IMG/VR virus record: IMGVR_UViG_3300007533_000518
Span: 1-10,502 of that record
Reading direction: 5' to 3' (one strand)
DNA: 10,502 nucleotides
The position numbers and the translations under genes were made by a program. Under the pieces are notes generated by a model. It was given only the letters and a program-made list of their open reading frames with translations, did no database searches and was not told where the DNA came from. This document shows positions 1-8,109 of the stretch, piece by piece (position 1 is the stretch's first letter; each line of letters starts with the position of its first letter).

Positions 1-2601
1 AGACCACATATCATAAGCATCTTGGAAGCTACCTAAGTAGAACTGCTTTCCGCCTATATTTATCTTGATACCCAGATTCTTACCACCAAGGAATGGTATC
101 TTCTCTGGAACTACTACATCCCTGGTTATAAAGGGAATCTTCCCACCTTTGAATACAGCAGTAGTTCCAGTTTGAGGGTCTATGAAGGCTTGTGTTAATC
201 TAACTTGCCCTTTCTCAAACATTGTAAGTTCATAAGGAGCATTAGATAATCCTCTAAATAGTCTATTAGTTTCTGCTACTCCACTATAAGCCTTAGGATA
301 CATAGCCTCAGCTCCACCTAGAAAACTTCTCATCTGATTTTCAAGGTAATTGTAAGGCCCAAGGTTAGCGAAGAGCAGCTGCTGCTTTGCTATAGGATTA
401 ACAATTCTTCGCTCAAGAGCCACTAGCTGAGATGAGTATAAGATTCTATCAGCTACCCTGCTATGCCAAGATGCTGCTCTACCAGCTTGCTGCATATATC
501 TAGTGAGTGGACTATGAAGGTTAGCATACCTAGTGGATTCTAACCTATTATATATATTCTTCACAACACCATCAAAAGTATCAGCTCTTACAGATTCTAT
601 AGCCTTCTTGCCTATAGTGTCCTTAAGCTTGATAAGTTTAGATGCCAGATTAGTAACAGATTGTTCAGTAGCCTCCTGACCCAGCTCAGCTATAATCTTA
701 CCAGCAGTTATTCTCTCACCTTGACCACTAAAAGTATCTAGGACTAGTGAGTTTAGTCTAGCCATTCTACTAGTATCAAATACTATATCTGGAGCTATAT
801 CCTTCAGCAATTTAGATAATGCTATATCATCTAGATAGCTAAACTCTAACAAATCAGCTCCTGCTCTTACCCAAGGATTATTGCCTTCCATAGGAGTTTT
901 CAGTACTGCTCTAACAGATGCTTCAACAGTGTCCATAGCATCCTTACCAGTTAGACCCTTACCAAGAACATTCTTAGCATCTCGGAATGTTCTACCAACA
1001 ACTGCATAGAAATCCATTACACTCTGCTTAGCGAAGTTTCTGCCCATCTGCGTAAATGTTCTAGGAATAGTATATCCAGCACCAGTTAACCAAAATGCGC
1101 TCTTAATAGGAGCAGCTACTACTTGCACACCAGCTTTGAAGAGAGCATCAGCACCAGCACAGTATCCTTGCTCAAATGCTACCATAAGAGTGCCAATTCT
1201 AGAACCTGCCCATTTAAGTCCTCTAGGCAGAGCAACCGTAGCTAGCTTTCTTCCTACTGCTGTTACTCCTCCCCATCCTATCCACATAAGAGGGTCATAA
1301 GCAGAGTCAAGTACCATCTTCTTCCACCAAGGAGCATCCCACTCATTAAAGGCTTTAGCATATGCAGACCAGTCAGTTTCACCTTGGCTCTTATAGAACT
1401 CAAAGTGTTTGGTTAGTTCTTTATCAGCATCATCCTCAAAGGCAGCAAATAATCCTGCACCAGAGATTGCACCTACCAATGCTCCTATACCAGCACCAAT
1501 AGCTGTTCCTATACCTGGGATTATAGAGCCAATAGTTCCACCAGCAGCAGCCCCTAGTGCTACGCCATGAGTAGCTCCAGCAGCAGGAGCAGGCAGATTC
1601 ATAATGAGAGCTGCTGAAATAGGTCTACTAATCTTATCCCACCACTTCTGCATCAGCTCTACAGTGGCCATCATAGGCTGAGTAACTATTAGCTTAGCCC
1701 AATCCAGAGGAGCTAGCTCAGGAGTCTCAGCCAGGATAGTCCCAGCCTTTATCAGATTCATCTTAGCAGATTCTAAAGCCCAATCTGTAGCCCTCTGTGA
1801 TAGCCAATCTCGCTGGGACTGAAGCTCCTCATCAGATATTTCCATTTCGCTAAGCAAGCTTCTTACATCTTCATCTGTCATTCCCTCAGGAAGCTCAGCA
1901 ACACCAAAAGCGAAGGATTTAGCTATCTCATCTACAGTGAGATGATGAACTCCCCTTAGCTCCAGCTTAGGAGATGTAAGGACTTCATTGAGTATCTTAG
2001 ACTGAGCATCAAGAACATCTCCCTCATAGCCCTCAGGCAGAACATTTCTCAGTGGCTCTAGTTTACTAAATGTAGCAGATAGCCATGCTCTCTCACCATC
2101 ATTAAGCTCGATTCCTGGAGCTATTAGGCTCAGTACATCATCTACAGTATTAGTCTCATAGAACGGGTCAGAAATGTATAGAGGGAGAGTCTGCATTACC
2201 TCCATCTTCCATCTTATAGACTGCATATTTCTAGATGCAGCATCAAACTCAGCCTGAGCCTCAGCAGTTACAGCTTCCTTAATTTCCTGCCTTTTTCCTG
2301 AAGGCATTAAAGCCTCTATTATATAAGCAATAGGACTCATCTTTAATCCAAATCTGAGGAAGCCTTCGGGAACTATAGATGCTAATAGAGGCTGATTAAG
2401 TTTAGTTTCAGCAGTTTGTAGTCTAGCAAAAGCCTTCTGGTAGCCCAATCCGAATTGCTCAAACTCCTTAGCGAAGCCAGCATAGTACTCTGGAGTTTCT
2501 GTAGGAGCAGGAAGGATAGGAGCCTCTCCACTAGTGTCTGTTACTAGTGATTCTCCTATTTCTCTAGAAGTCAACTTATGCGCACCTTTTATTTCTGGCA
2601 T
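1..2601 (-). CDS. Large (>867 aa, 3'-truncated) probable internal virion/DNA-ejection protein with a glycine-zipper membrane segment
   Basis: Not in the ORF track because it runs off the edge. The ATG at 2601 is 1 nt past the portal stop. By manual translation the frame is open to position 1 (MPEIKGAHKLTSREIGESLV...GSFQDAYDMWS). It contains the GxxxG run GVALGAAAGGTIGSIIPGIGTAIGAGIGALVGAISGAGLFAA (about 1441-1570). Function is inferred from size and position. Confidence 0.8.
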   Translation of the reverse strand, partial: MPEIKGAHKLTSREIGESLVTDTSGEAPILPAPTETPEYYAGFAKEFEQFGLGYQKAFARLQTAETKLNQPLLASIVPEGFLRFGLKMSPIAYIIEALMPSGKRQEIKEAVTAEAQAEFDAASRNMQSIRWKMEVMQTLPLYISDPFYETNTVDDVLSLIAPGIELNDGERAWLSATFSKLEPLRNVLPEGYEGDVLDAQSKILNEVLTSPKLELRGVHHLTVDEIAKSFAFGVAELPEGMTDEDVRSLLSEMEISDEELQSQRDWLSQRATDWALESAKMNLIKAGTILAETPELAPLDWAKLIVTQPMMATVELMQKWWDKISRPISAALIMNLPAPAAGATHGVALGAAAGGTIGSIIPGIGTAIGAGIGALVGAISGAGLFAAFEDDADKELTKHFEFYKSQGETDWSAYAKAFNEWDAPWWKKMVLDSAYDPLMWIGWGGVTAVGRKLATVALPRGLKWAGSRIGTLMVAFEQGYCAGADALFKAGVQVVAAPIKSAFWLTGAGYTIPRTFTQMGRNFAKQSVMDFYAVVGRTFRDAKNVLGKGLTGKDAMDTVEASVRAVLKTPMEGNNPWVRAGADLLEFSYLDDIALSKLLKDIAPDIVFDTSRMARLNSLVLDTFSGQGERITAGKIIAELGQEATEQSVTNLASKLIKLKDTIGKKAIESVRADTFDGVVKNIYNRLESTRYANLHSPLTRYMQQAGRAASWHSRVADRILYSSQLVALERRIVNPIAKQQLLFANLGPYNYLENQMRSFLGGAEAMYPKAYSGVAETNRLFRGLSNAPYELTMFEKGQVRLTQAFIDPQTGTTAVFKGGKIPFITRDVVVPEKIPFLGGKNLGIKINIGGKQFYLGSFQDAYDMWS

Positions 2602-2602
2602 A

Positions 2603-4372
2603 TTATCCTTCTATCTCACCAGCTGACAGTTGTCTTCCAGCAGGAGTTCTTGGAGTTGCTTCGGGTCTTCCCATACCAGCAACCTTAGTAGTAGGCTGCT
2701 CAGGAGCCATAGCCCCTGCTAACTGCTGTAGAGCCATATCCGCCATCATCTCATATAGATTAGCAGCTTCCATATCCTTAGCCTTATCTCTCAGATACGC
2801 TGCTTGTTCTCTATAGTACTGAATCAGAGCTATCATACTATTACTAGGATGTGCCTCGGCCTGGTCAGCTCTTCTTTGTGCTCTCTCCTGTAGCGGGTCT
2901 CCAATATCAGGAAATAACTTTCTAGATACATAGCTATAACTCAACGCAAACTCTGGGTCTAGCATATGAGCAGTAGTAGCCCTTTGGATTAGGTCTCCAG
3001 GTATCTCTATCTCATACTCAGCAGATACTACGCTATAGTCTGGAAGCTTATCAGGATATTTCCAGCCATAAGGTTTGATACCTCTATCTCTTATATCTGC
3101 TAAATCATCATTGTCTATATCAGATAGTGCATCTATTATAGCCTGATGAAAAGGCTTCATTACTTGATTTGCTGAGGCAGCTATCTGGCTCATAACATAA
3201 GCAGTTATCTGTCCAGCTACAGCTCCATGCATAGCCCAACTAACTCCTCCTCTTTGCATCATAGCTTCTAGGTCAAGCTGGGTACTTCTCAATTCTAATG
3301 GTATAGGAGGAGTAGCCAAAAAGTCTACAGAATCATCAGGCCCTCCTCTGAATATAGCCCCACGCTTAAATACATCCTCAGGCTTTACTATAGCATGACC
3401 ACTTCTACTACGCTCAAAGATTCTAGGTTGAGCAGTATCACGCAGAAGTTGTAGTGAGAATGTCCACCATCTATTCCAGGTCTTATAGATATTCTCATTA
3501 GTAGCTATAATAGACTGACCCAGCTCAGCCTTCCATCTATCTCCAGCCACTTTCTGAGTCTGTAGCTTTATTGTAGATGAGTATGTTGGTAGGTAGCCTT
3601 CTGTCAAAGTTCCCATATCAGGCAGACCACCTACAGGAGATATATAAATAGGAATCTTCTTAAATCTTGTAGGCTCAAACTTTACCAGACTATCGCCTAT
3701 GACTATAGCGTTCCATGCTATAGCAGTAAAGGGAAAATTGTCTGCTATCTCCATCCACCAATAGTCGTAAACTACTACATTGCGGCCTACAGTAGCCTGC
3801 CATTGAGGATAGGGACTAGATAATTTCCAGTCATTACGCTTAGCCAGATTAACAGCTTGTTTAGCTGTAGTAGCGTAAATATGAGCTACTTCATCTAATC
3901 CTAGCATATTATCCCACATAGGAAAAACCTCAGCAGGATTAAGAGGCTCCTTATAAGTTCTACTACCATCATCAGAGTTCATGCTGAGCATAGCATACCA
4001 TCCAGTAGCAAGCATGAAGCCTATGAAGGTTCTCAATATGCCTCGCCTAGGATTTGACCTACGAAATGTATTATCAGCATCCTTCCAACTGATATTAAAG
4101 TACCTATTAACCTGAGATACTGCACTTGCTACATTAAGGTCAGACATATCATAGTCTCTGACTCTATGAGGTATCTTGGTATCTAGAAGATGTAGTGTAA
4201 GATTATATAGTGCTCTGGGGTCATTACCCACAAAGGATTCCATCTTCTCCTGCTTAAGCTCGTCTATCATCTCTATAAGTCTATACCACCGCTTCATAGC
4301 CTCATTGCGAGGATTCCAGAAGGTCTTAAGCTCATTACAACGAGATACCACTTCATTTACATTTTGTTTCAT
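2603..4372 (-). CDS. Probable portal (head-tail connector) protein, 589 aa
   Basis: Size, position downstream of the large terminase, helical N-terminus (FWNPRNEAMKRWYRLI), and a low-complexity Q/A/P-rich C-terminal tail typical of portals. The start overlaps the upstream stop (ATGA). Confidence 0.7.
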   Translation of the reverse strand: MKQNVNEVVSRCNELKTFWNPRNEAMKRWYRLIEMIDELKQEKMESFVGNDPRALYNLTLHLLDTKIPHRVRDYDMSDLNVASAVSQVNRYFNISWKDADNTFRRSNPRRGILRTFIGFMLATGWYAMLSMNSDDGSRTYKEPLNPAEVFPMWDNMLGLDEVAHIYATTAKQAVNLAKRNDWKLSSPYPQWQATVGRNVVVYDYWWMEIADNFPFTAIAWNAIVIGDSLVKFEPTRFKKIPIYISPVGGLPDMGTLTEGYLPTYSSTIKLQTQKVAGDRWKAELGQSIIATNENIYKTWNRWWTFSLQLLRDTAQPRIFERSRSGHAIVKPEDVFKRGAIFRGGPDDSVDFLATPPIPLELRSTQLDLEAMMQRGGVSWAMHGAVAGQITAYVMSQIAASANQVMKPFHQAIIDALSDIDNDDLADIRDRGIKPYGWKYPDKLPDYSVVSAEYEIEIPGDLIQRATTAHMLDPEFALSYSYVSRKLFPDIGDPLQERAQRRADQAEAHPSNSMIALIQYYREQAAYLRDKAKDMEAANLYEMMADMALQQLAGAMAPEQPTTKVAGMGRPEATPRTPAGRQLSAGEIEG

Positions 4373-4632
4373 ACTATTACTCCAAGTACTAATGATACTG
4401 CTCCTGCTACAGAGAATATAAAGGTAGCAAATCCTACTACTGTTCCAGCAGAGTAGTAGTGATGCTCCTTCCTAATACTCTCAACAAGCTTATCTGTTGG
4501 TTCATACCTGCTCTGCCAAGGACAGTAACCATCAGCTATTCCCTCTATAAGAGCATGAACCTCATTAGGAGTGCTTAAGAACTCAGGAAGCTTAAGTCCA
4601 CCTAGAAACGCCTTAATACTAGAAAACTTCAT
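4369..4632 (-). CDS. Small protein (87 aa) with a C-terminal transmembrane helix
   Basis: Start re-called to the ATG at 4632 (MKFSSIKAF), which overlaps the protease TGA (ATGA). The C-terminus AGTVVGFATFIFSVAGAVSLVLGVIV is hydrophobic. The stop overlaps the portal ATG. Confidence 0.7.
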   Translation of the reverse strand: MKFSSIKAFLGGLKLPEFLSTPNEVHALIEGIADGYCPWQSRYEPTDKLVESIRKEHHYYSAGTVVGFATFIFSVAGAVSLVLGVIV

Positions 4633-5195
4633 ATTATTACTACTGCTCCTTCTAGCACATAGAATGGGAGGTCTTTGTCCTCCCAGTACCATATCTGGTC
4701 ATTCTGTGGCTCTAGTAGCATAATGTCCCTATTTGGAAAAACAGCCAAGTTGTAAGCATGACCAGCTTGATAATCTAGTACTACTCCAACCTGATTTATA
4801 CCATACTGGTCAGCATGAGCCTTAAAGCTAATAGCAAAGTTACCGCACATAAAGGACTTACGATACTCAAACTGGTCAACCCAATCCCAAGCTACAAACT
4901 TTATAAATCCTTCTTTGTTAGTTAGCCTAAACTCAGGGCCTAGGGGCAGACGGATAACATTAGCTTTGAAGTCAGCTAGTACAGTCTGAACCCACTCAGT
5001 GTCCTTCTCCACAACATACTCAAGCTCTGGTGGAGGAGGATGAGATAGCAAGCTCTCTAAGTATTCAACTCTGATATTAGCGTCATTCAAATCACCTGCT
5101 AGAGTATCTTTCTCTGTATAACACTTAGCAAGCTCACGATTACAGTTCTCGCTACATCCTAGAAAGCTGCATATGAATCCTTTTAATCCTTCCAT
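4629..5195 (-). CDS. Papain/transglutaminase-like cysteine protease (MOA agglutinin C-terminal-like domain), 188 aa
   Basis: Start re-called to the ATG at 5195, with AAGGAGA 7 nt upstream. Motifs FMCGNFA, GHAYN and LLEPQND give a Cys117-His146-Glu162 triad matching the DCDDFA/HAFN/IEPQTD pattern. The N-terminal part is Cys-rich and coiled-coil-like, followed by a HPPPP linker. Confidence 0.65.
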   Translation of the reverse strand: MEGLKGFICSFLGCSENCNRELAKCYTEKDTLAGDLNDANIRVEYLESLLSHPPPPELEYVVEKDTEWVQTVLADFKANVIRLPLGPEFRLTNKEGFIKFVAWDWVDQFEYRKSFMCGNFAISFKAHADQYGINQVGVVLDYQAGHAYNLAVFPNRDIMLLEPQNDQIWYWEDKDLPFYVLEGAVVII

Positions 5196-5211
5196 ACTTC
5201 TATCTCCTTTC

Positions 5212-6894
5212 CTACCATTCATCAGGCCATCCAGCCGAGCCTGCATAACCTCTCTGTACTGACTGAGCATTTCTGCATACTATAGCAATAGCACCAGCGT
5301 CGTGATGGTCATCTGCACCTACTACAAGGATTCCACTCTTGCTCATAGGATTTCTACGGATATTCTTACACTGGCTCCAGAATCGTATGTCCTGACAGTC
5401 TATATGTTCAAGGTGTCTACTAACCTCAGTAACCATATAAGGCTTAGTGGATAGATTAGTCTGCCAGCCTATTGCTTTTACAAGCTTACCAGTTCTTACA
5501 TCCTCCCTATAGTATAGGTCAGGATAATCTCTAAGATGACTAACTATATCTAGATTATCTTCTGGAGCTATTACCGCATTATTGTAGTAATGTGCTACTT
5601 CCTTCATCAGCAGAGCCATTTCCCACTCATCATAAAAGCCTGCTAGTGTAGCACAATGCTGCATAACTGGAGGAATTTCCTTATCATCCTTACTTTTATA
5701 GCCCTCAAGAAAGTGCCATACATGACCTACTGACTCAGACGTTTTCCCTTTGCCTGGGTCTATAGATACTATATAACCTAAACTATCTTCTCTGTCACAC
5801 CAGATATCTAATGTAGCAGATATAGTATCTTTAGTTCTTGAGTCAGTAGCTACTATATTCTTCTGGCTTTTAGCGGGTATGCAGTAGTGTATCTTATCAA
5901 CTATAACATCAGAGCTGTAAGCTTGGTCTCCTGCTACCAGAAAGCAATTCTCATCATCCTCAGGAAATTCCTGCTCAAATAGAAGAACAGTATCGCCACT
6001 TCTTCTAAGGCTAGCTATCTCAGCTTTCTTATACCTTCTCCATCTAAGCTTAGCCATAGCATCCTGTTCAGACATATCATAGATGTCCATGAGAACCTGC
6101 ATTAACAGTACTTCATCTGACTGGATATTAGATAGTGGGTCTTTATTGTCTTCATCTAGGCAGAATGGGTCTTCAGCATACATAATATACTCTGGTTGAA
6201 TATACCAAGGATAGAAGTGGTGCCTATAGACTGATTTGGCTACAGAAGTTCCTTCCTTAGCTGCTCTATACATCTCACAGAAATCATTATCTTCTCCATT
6301 AGGAGTAGATAATACTCTTATTTTAGTTCCAGGCTTAGCAGGAACTCTCTGAGCAGCTGATGCAAACACCAATTCATGCGTTCCTTCAAACCAGAATCCG
6401 TACTCATCTAGTAGTAGATTATGTATTGGCTCTCCCCTACCAATAGTATAGCTCCTAGAGCTAAAAATATACATGATAGAGTAGAATGGATGCTTAGTAT
6501 CCTTAGTTACCCATGTTAACTCCTCAGCGCTTTTATGCTCAAGCTTAGGAATAGTAGGAATCCTTCTTTCCAGAAACTGATGAAACCGCTTGGCTTTGAT
6601 GATAAGACGCTTAGCATTGGTCTCATCATAGCTAATAATAACTGATACAGTTCCACTAAGAGTTATATTATCAAGATAGAAATCAGCTAGATGAAGGGAT
6701 GTTGCCCCTACAGATGCTGGCTTAACATAGATATCTCTAAATGTAGAAGTCTGAAGCATATCTAGCTGAATAGGATTAAGGATGAACGGAACTAATCTTC
6801 GTTCCTTATCCTCTATCTGGAGTAAGGACTCCATAGTGAGCCGTCTATCTGAGAATAAAGCTTCAGCAGCTTCATCCTGCGATATAGTCTGCAT
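5212..6894 (-). CDS. terL: Terminase large subunit, 560 aa
   Basis: Adenine-binding LNPIQ motif, deviant Walker A (VKPASVGATS), Walker B (NLLLDEY), coupling motif (LSTPNG), FEQEFP motif, and RNase H-like nuclease acidic residues (IVSIDPG ... DDHHDA). AGGAG RBS upstream. Confidence 0.9.
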   Translation of the reverse strand: MQTISQDEAAEALFSDRRLTMESLLQIEDKERRLVPFILNPIQLDMLQTSTFRDIYVKPASVGATSLHLADFYLDNITLSGTVSVIISYDETNAKRLIIKAKRFHQFLERRIPTIPKLEHKSAEELTWVTKDTKHPFYSIMYIFSSRSYTIGRGEPIHNLLLDEYGFWFEGTHELVFASAAQRVPAKPGTKIRVLSTPNGEDNDFCEMYRAAKEGTSVAKSVYRHHFYPWYIQPEYIMYAEDPFCLDEDNKDPLSNIQSDEVLLMQVLMDIYDMSEQDAMAKLRWRRYKKAEIASLRRSGDTVLLFEQEFPEDDENCFLVAGDQAYSSDVIVDKIHYCIPAKSQKNIVATDSRTKDTISATLDIWCDREDSLGYIVSIDPGKGKTSESVGHVWHFLEGYKSKDDKEIPPVMQHCATLAGFYDEWEMALLMKEVAHYYNNAVIAPEDNLDIVSHLRDYPDLYYREDVRTGKLVKAIGWQTNLSTKPYMVTEVSRHLEHIDCQDIRFWSQCKNIRRNPMSKSGILVVGADDHHDAGAIAIVCRNAQSVQRGYAGSAGWPDEW

Positions 6895-6906
6895 ATAAGC
6901 TCCTAC

Positions 6907-7011
6907 TTACCTTTTCTGAGGTTTCCCTATAGGCCCTTTACCTCCTCCTCTTCCTAGTCCTATTCCTGCTCCCTTACTCCTAATTCTACTTCCAGGACAT
7001 CTTCTAGCCAT
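6907..7011 (-). CDS. 34-aa basic Gly/Arg/Lys-rich microprotein (MARRCPGSRIRSKGAGIGLGRGGGKGPIGKPQKR)
   Basis: Below the ORF-track cutoff. GGAGGAG lies just upstream of the ATG at 7011 and the TAA is at 6907-6909. It fills the gap between the holin-like gene (8-nt overlap) and the terL RBS. Confidence 0.7.
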   Translation of the reverse strand: MARRCPGSRIRSKGAGIGLGRGGGKGPIGKPQKR

Positions 7012-7273
7012 GACTCCTCCCATTCATTCTTTGTAAAGTTGTTACTAACTCTTGCAAAGCCTTAGTATTCTCCTCTCTAGTATTCTGCTCGCTCTCAATC
7101 ATACCTGCCAACTGTTTCCTATCTTCCCTAAGTCTATTCTCATGCCCAGAGCATATATCCGCTATCCTTCTTTCACTAGATTCTCTATCTCTCCTATACA
7201 TCAGAAAGATTATGCCAGCTAGGATAGCTACAGCTCCCCCATTGGCTAGTGCTTCGATGATAGCTTGCTCCAT
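7004..7273 (-). CDS. BhlA/UviB-like holin candidate, 89 aa
   Basis: A single N-terminal TM segment (IIEALANGGAVAILAGIIFLMY) is followed by a basic stop-transfer (RRDRESSERR) and a coiled-coil tail, which is the BhlA/UviB architecture. TAATG coupling to the upstream gene. Confidence 0.55.
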   Translation of the reverse strand: MEQAIIEALANGGAVAILAGIIFLMYRRDRESSERRIADICSGHENRLREDRKQLAGMIESEQNTREENTKALQELVTTLQRMNGRSHG

Positions 7274-7455
7274 TATCTTTTTCTTAGCTTAAGTGTCACT
7301 GGAGTTCTAGAAGCAGGCTTGCTAGTACTCTGCCTCTTTCTAGTCTCCCTGCCTACACTTCTAGGTTCTTTCCTTCCAATACGACTAGCTTGAGCTCTTC
7401 TGATATTTCGTCTAGATGCTTGAGCCTGCTTAGCTGTCCTTGCTCTTCTCACCAT
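7273..7455 (-). CDS. 60-aa Arg-rich basic protein, probably nucleic-acid binding
   Basis: Very high Arg/Lys content, two AQASR units, and a stop overlapping the next ATG (TAATG). Confidence 0.65.
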   Translation of the reverse strand: MVRRARTAKQAQASRRNIRRAQASRIGRKEPRSVGRETRKRQSTSKPASRTPVTLKLRKR

Positions 7456-7990
7456 CGGAAGTTACTCTTATCCTATCAGTCCTAGTTATCTCAACACTCC
7501 TAAGCTTATCCTGATTATTGGTTATAAACTCAGAAAAGTTCCACCCATCACTGCTAATACCTCTCATAGCCTGCTCAAGGATTTGTAGCTGTTGAGGTGT
7601 GTATGCAGTACGGAGTTTTAGGAGATATTCATGCTCCTGTCTAGTCATTATCTCCTCTTCTATAGATTTCCTGAGGATTCTATAATCTTTCTCAAGAACT
7701 AGCTTGAAGTTGCGAAAGAAGTCTAGCTCTATATATTCCTTGCTGAGCTCCTTCCTTATTTCGGGTATCCTTAGTTCAAGCTGGCTAAATGCAGTATCCC
7801 TACGTTGCTCATCTAGCCAGGTCATATCTAGACCCAGCATATATAGAGCTTCTTCGATAGTAATTCCACATGCTAGATAGCCAAAGTATTTAGCTCTATT
7901 ATCATCTCTACGCCAGGGAAGGAGAGTCTGAGCTATAGCAACTTCAGATGGAGTATCTGAGTTAGGAGGCACAGTGGTAGGTTCTATCAT
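7430..7990 (-). CDS. Probable terminase small subunit (HTH-type), 186 aa
   Basis: First gene of the packaging operon. The HTH-like segment YFGYLACGITIEEALYMLGLDMTWLDEQRRDTAF is followed by long helices. Start re-called to the ATG at 7990 because 8008 lies inside the promoter spacer. Confidence 0.6.
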   Translation of the reverse strand: MIEPTTVPPNSDTPSEVAIAQTLLPWRRDDNRAKYFGYLACGITIEEALYMLGLDMTWLDEQRRDTAFSQLELRIPEIRKELSKEYIELDFFRNFKLVLEKDYRILRKSIEEEIMTRQEHEYLLKLRTAYTPQQLQILEQAMRGISSDGWNFSEFITNNQDKLRSVEITRTDRIRVTSDGEKSKDS

Positions 7991-7998
7991 ATCAGTAT

Positions 7999-8027
7999 AG
8001 TATAACATTGTGTACTAGTGTTGTCAA
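7999..8027 (-). promoter_or_regulatory. Sigma70/sigmaA-type promoter P1 (packaging/structural operon)
   Basis: TTGACA (8027-8022), 17 bp, TATACT (8004-7999), with an extended -10 TG (TGT-TATACT). Confidence 0.8.
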
Positions 8028-8074
8028 GGATACAAATACATATTATTATTTATTGTCATTAGTGAATAAGATGG

Positions 8075-8103
8075 TTGACAACTATATCCTGATATGATAT
8101 AAT
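8075..8103 (+). promoter_or_regulatory. Perfect-consensus sigma70/sigmaA promoter P2 (zinc-finger arm)
   Basis: TTGACA (8075-8080), 17 bp, TATAAT (8098-8103), with an extended -10 TG. An AT-rich UP-like tract lies at 8031-8055. Confidence 0.88.
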
Positions 8104-8109
8104 ATGGTT

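Noticed and set aside
965-993. 9-bp inverted repeat AGAACATTC/GAATGTTCT with LexA-like half-sites
   Set aside because: It lies inside a CDS, the spacing is wrong for GAAC-N4-GTTC, and there is no U-tract. It is plausible by chance.
4176-4421. 81-aa plus-strand ORF
   Set aside because: Antisense shadow of the portal and membrane genes, with a non-ATG start and no RBS.
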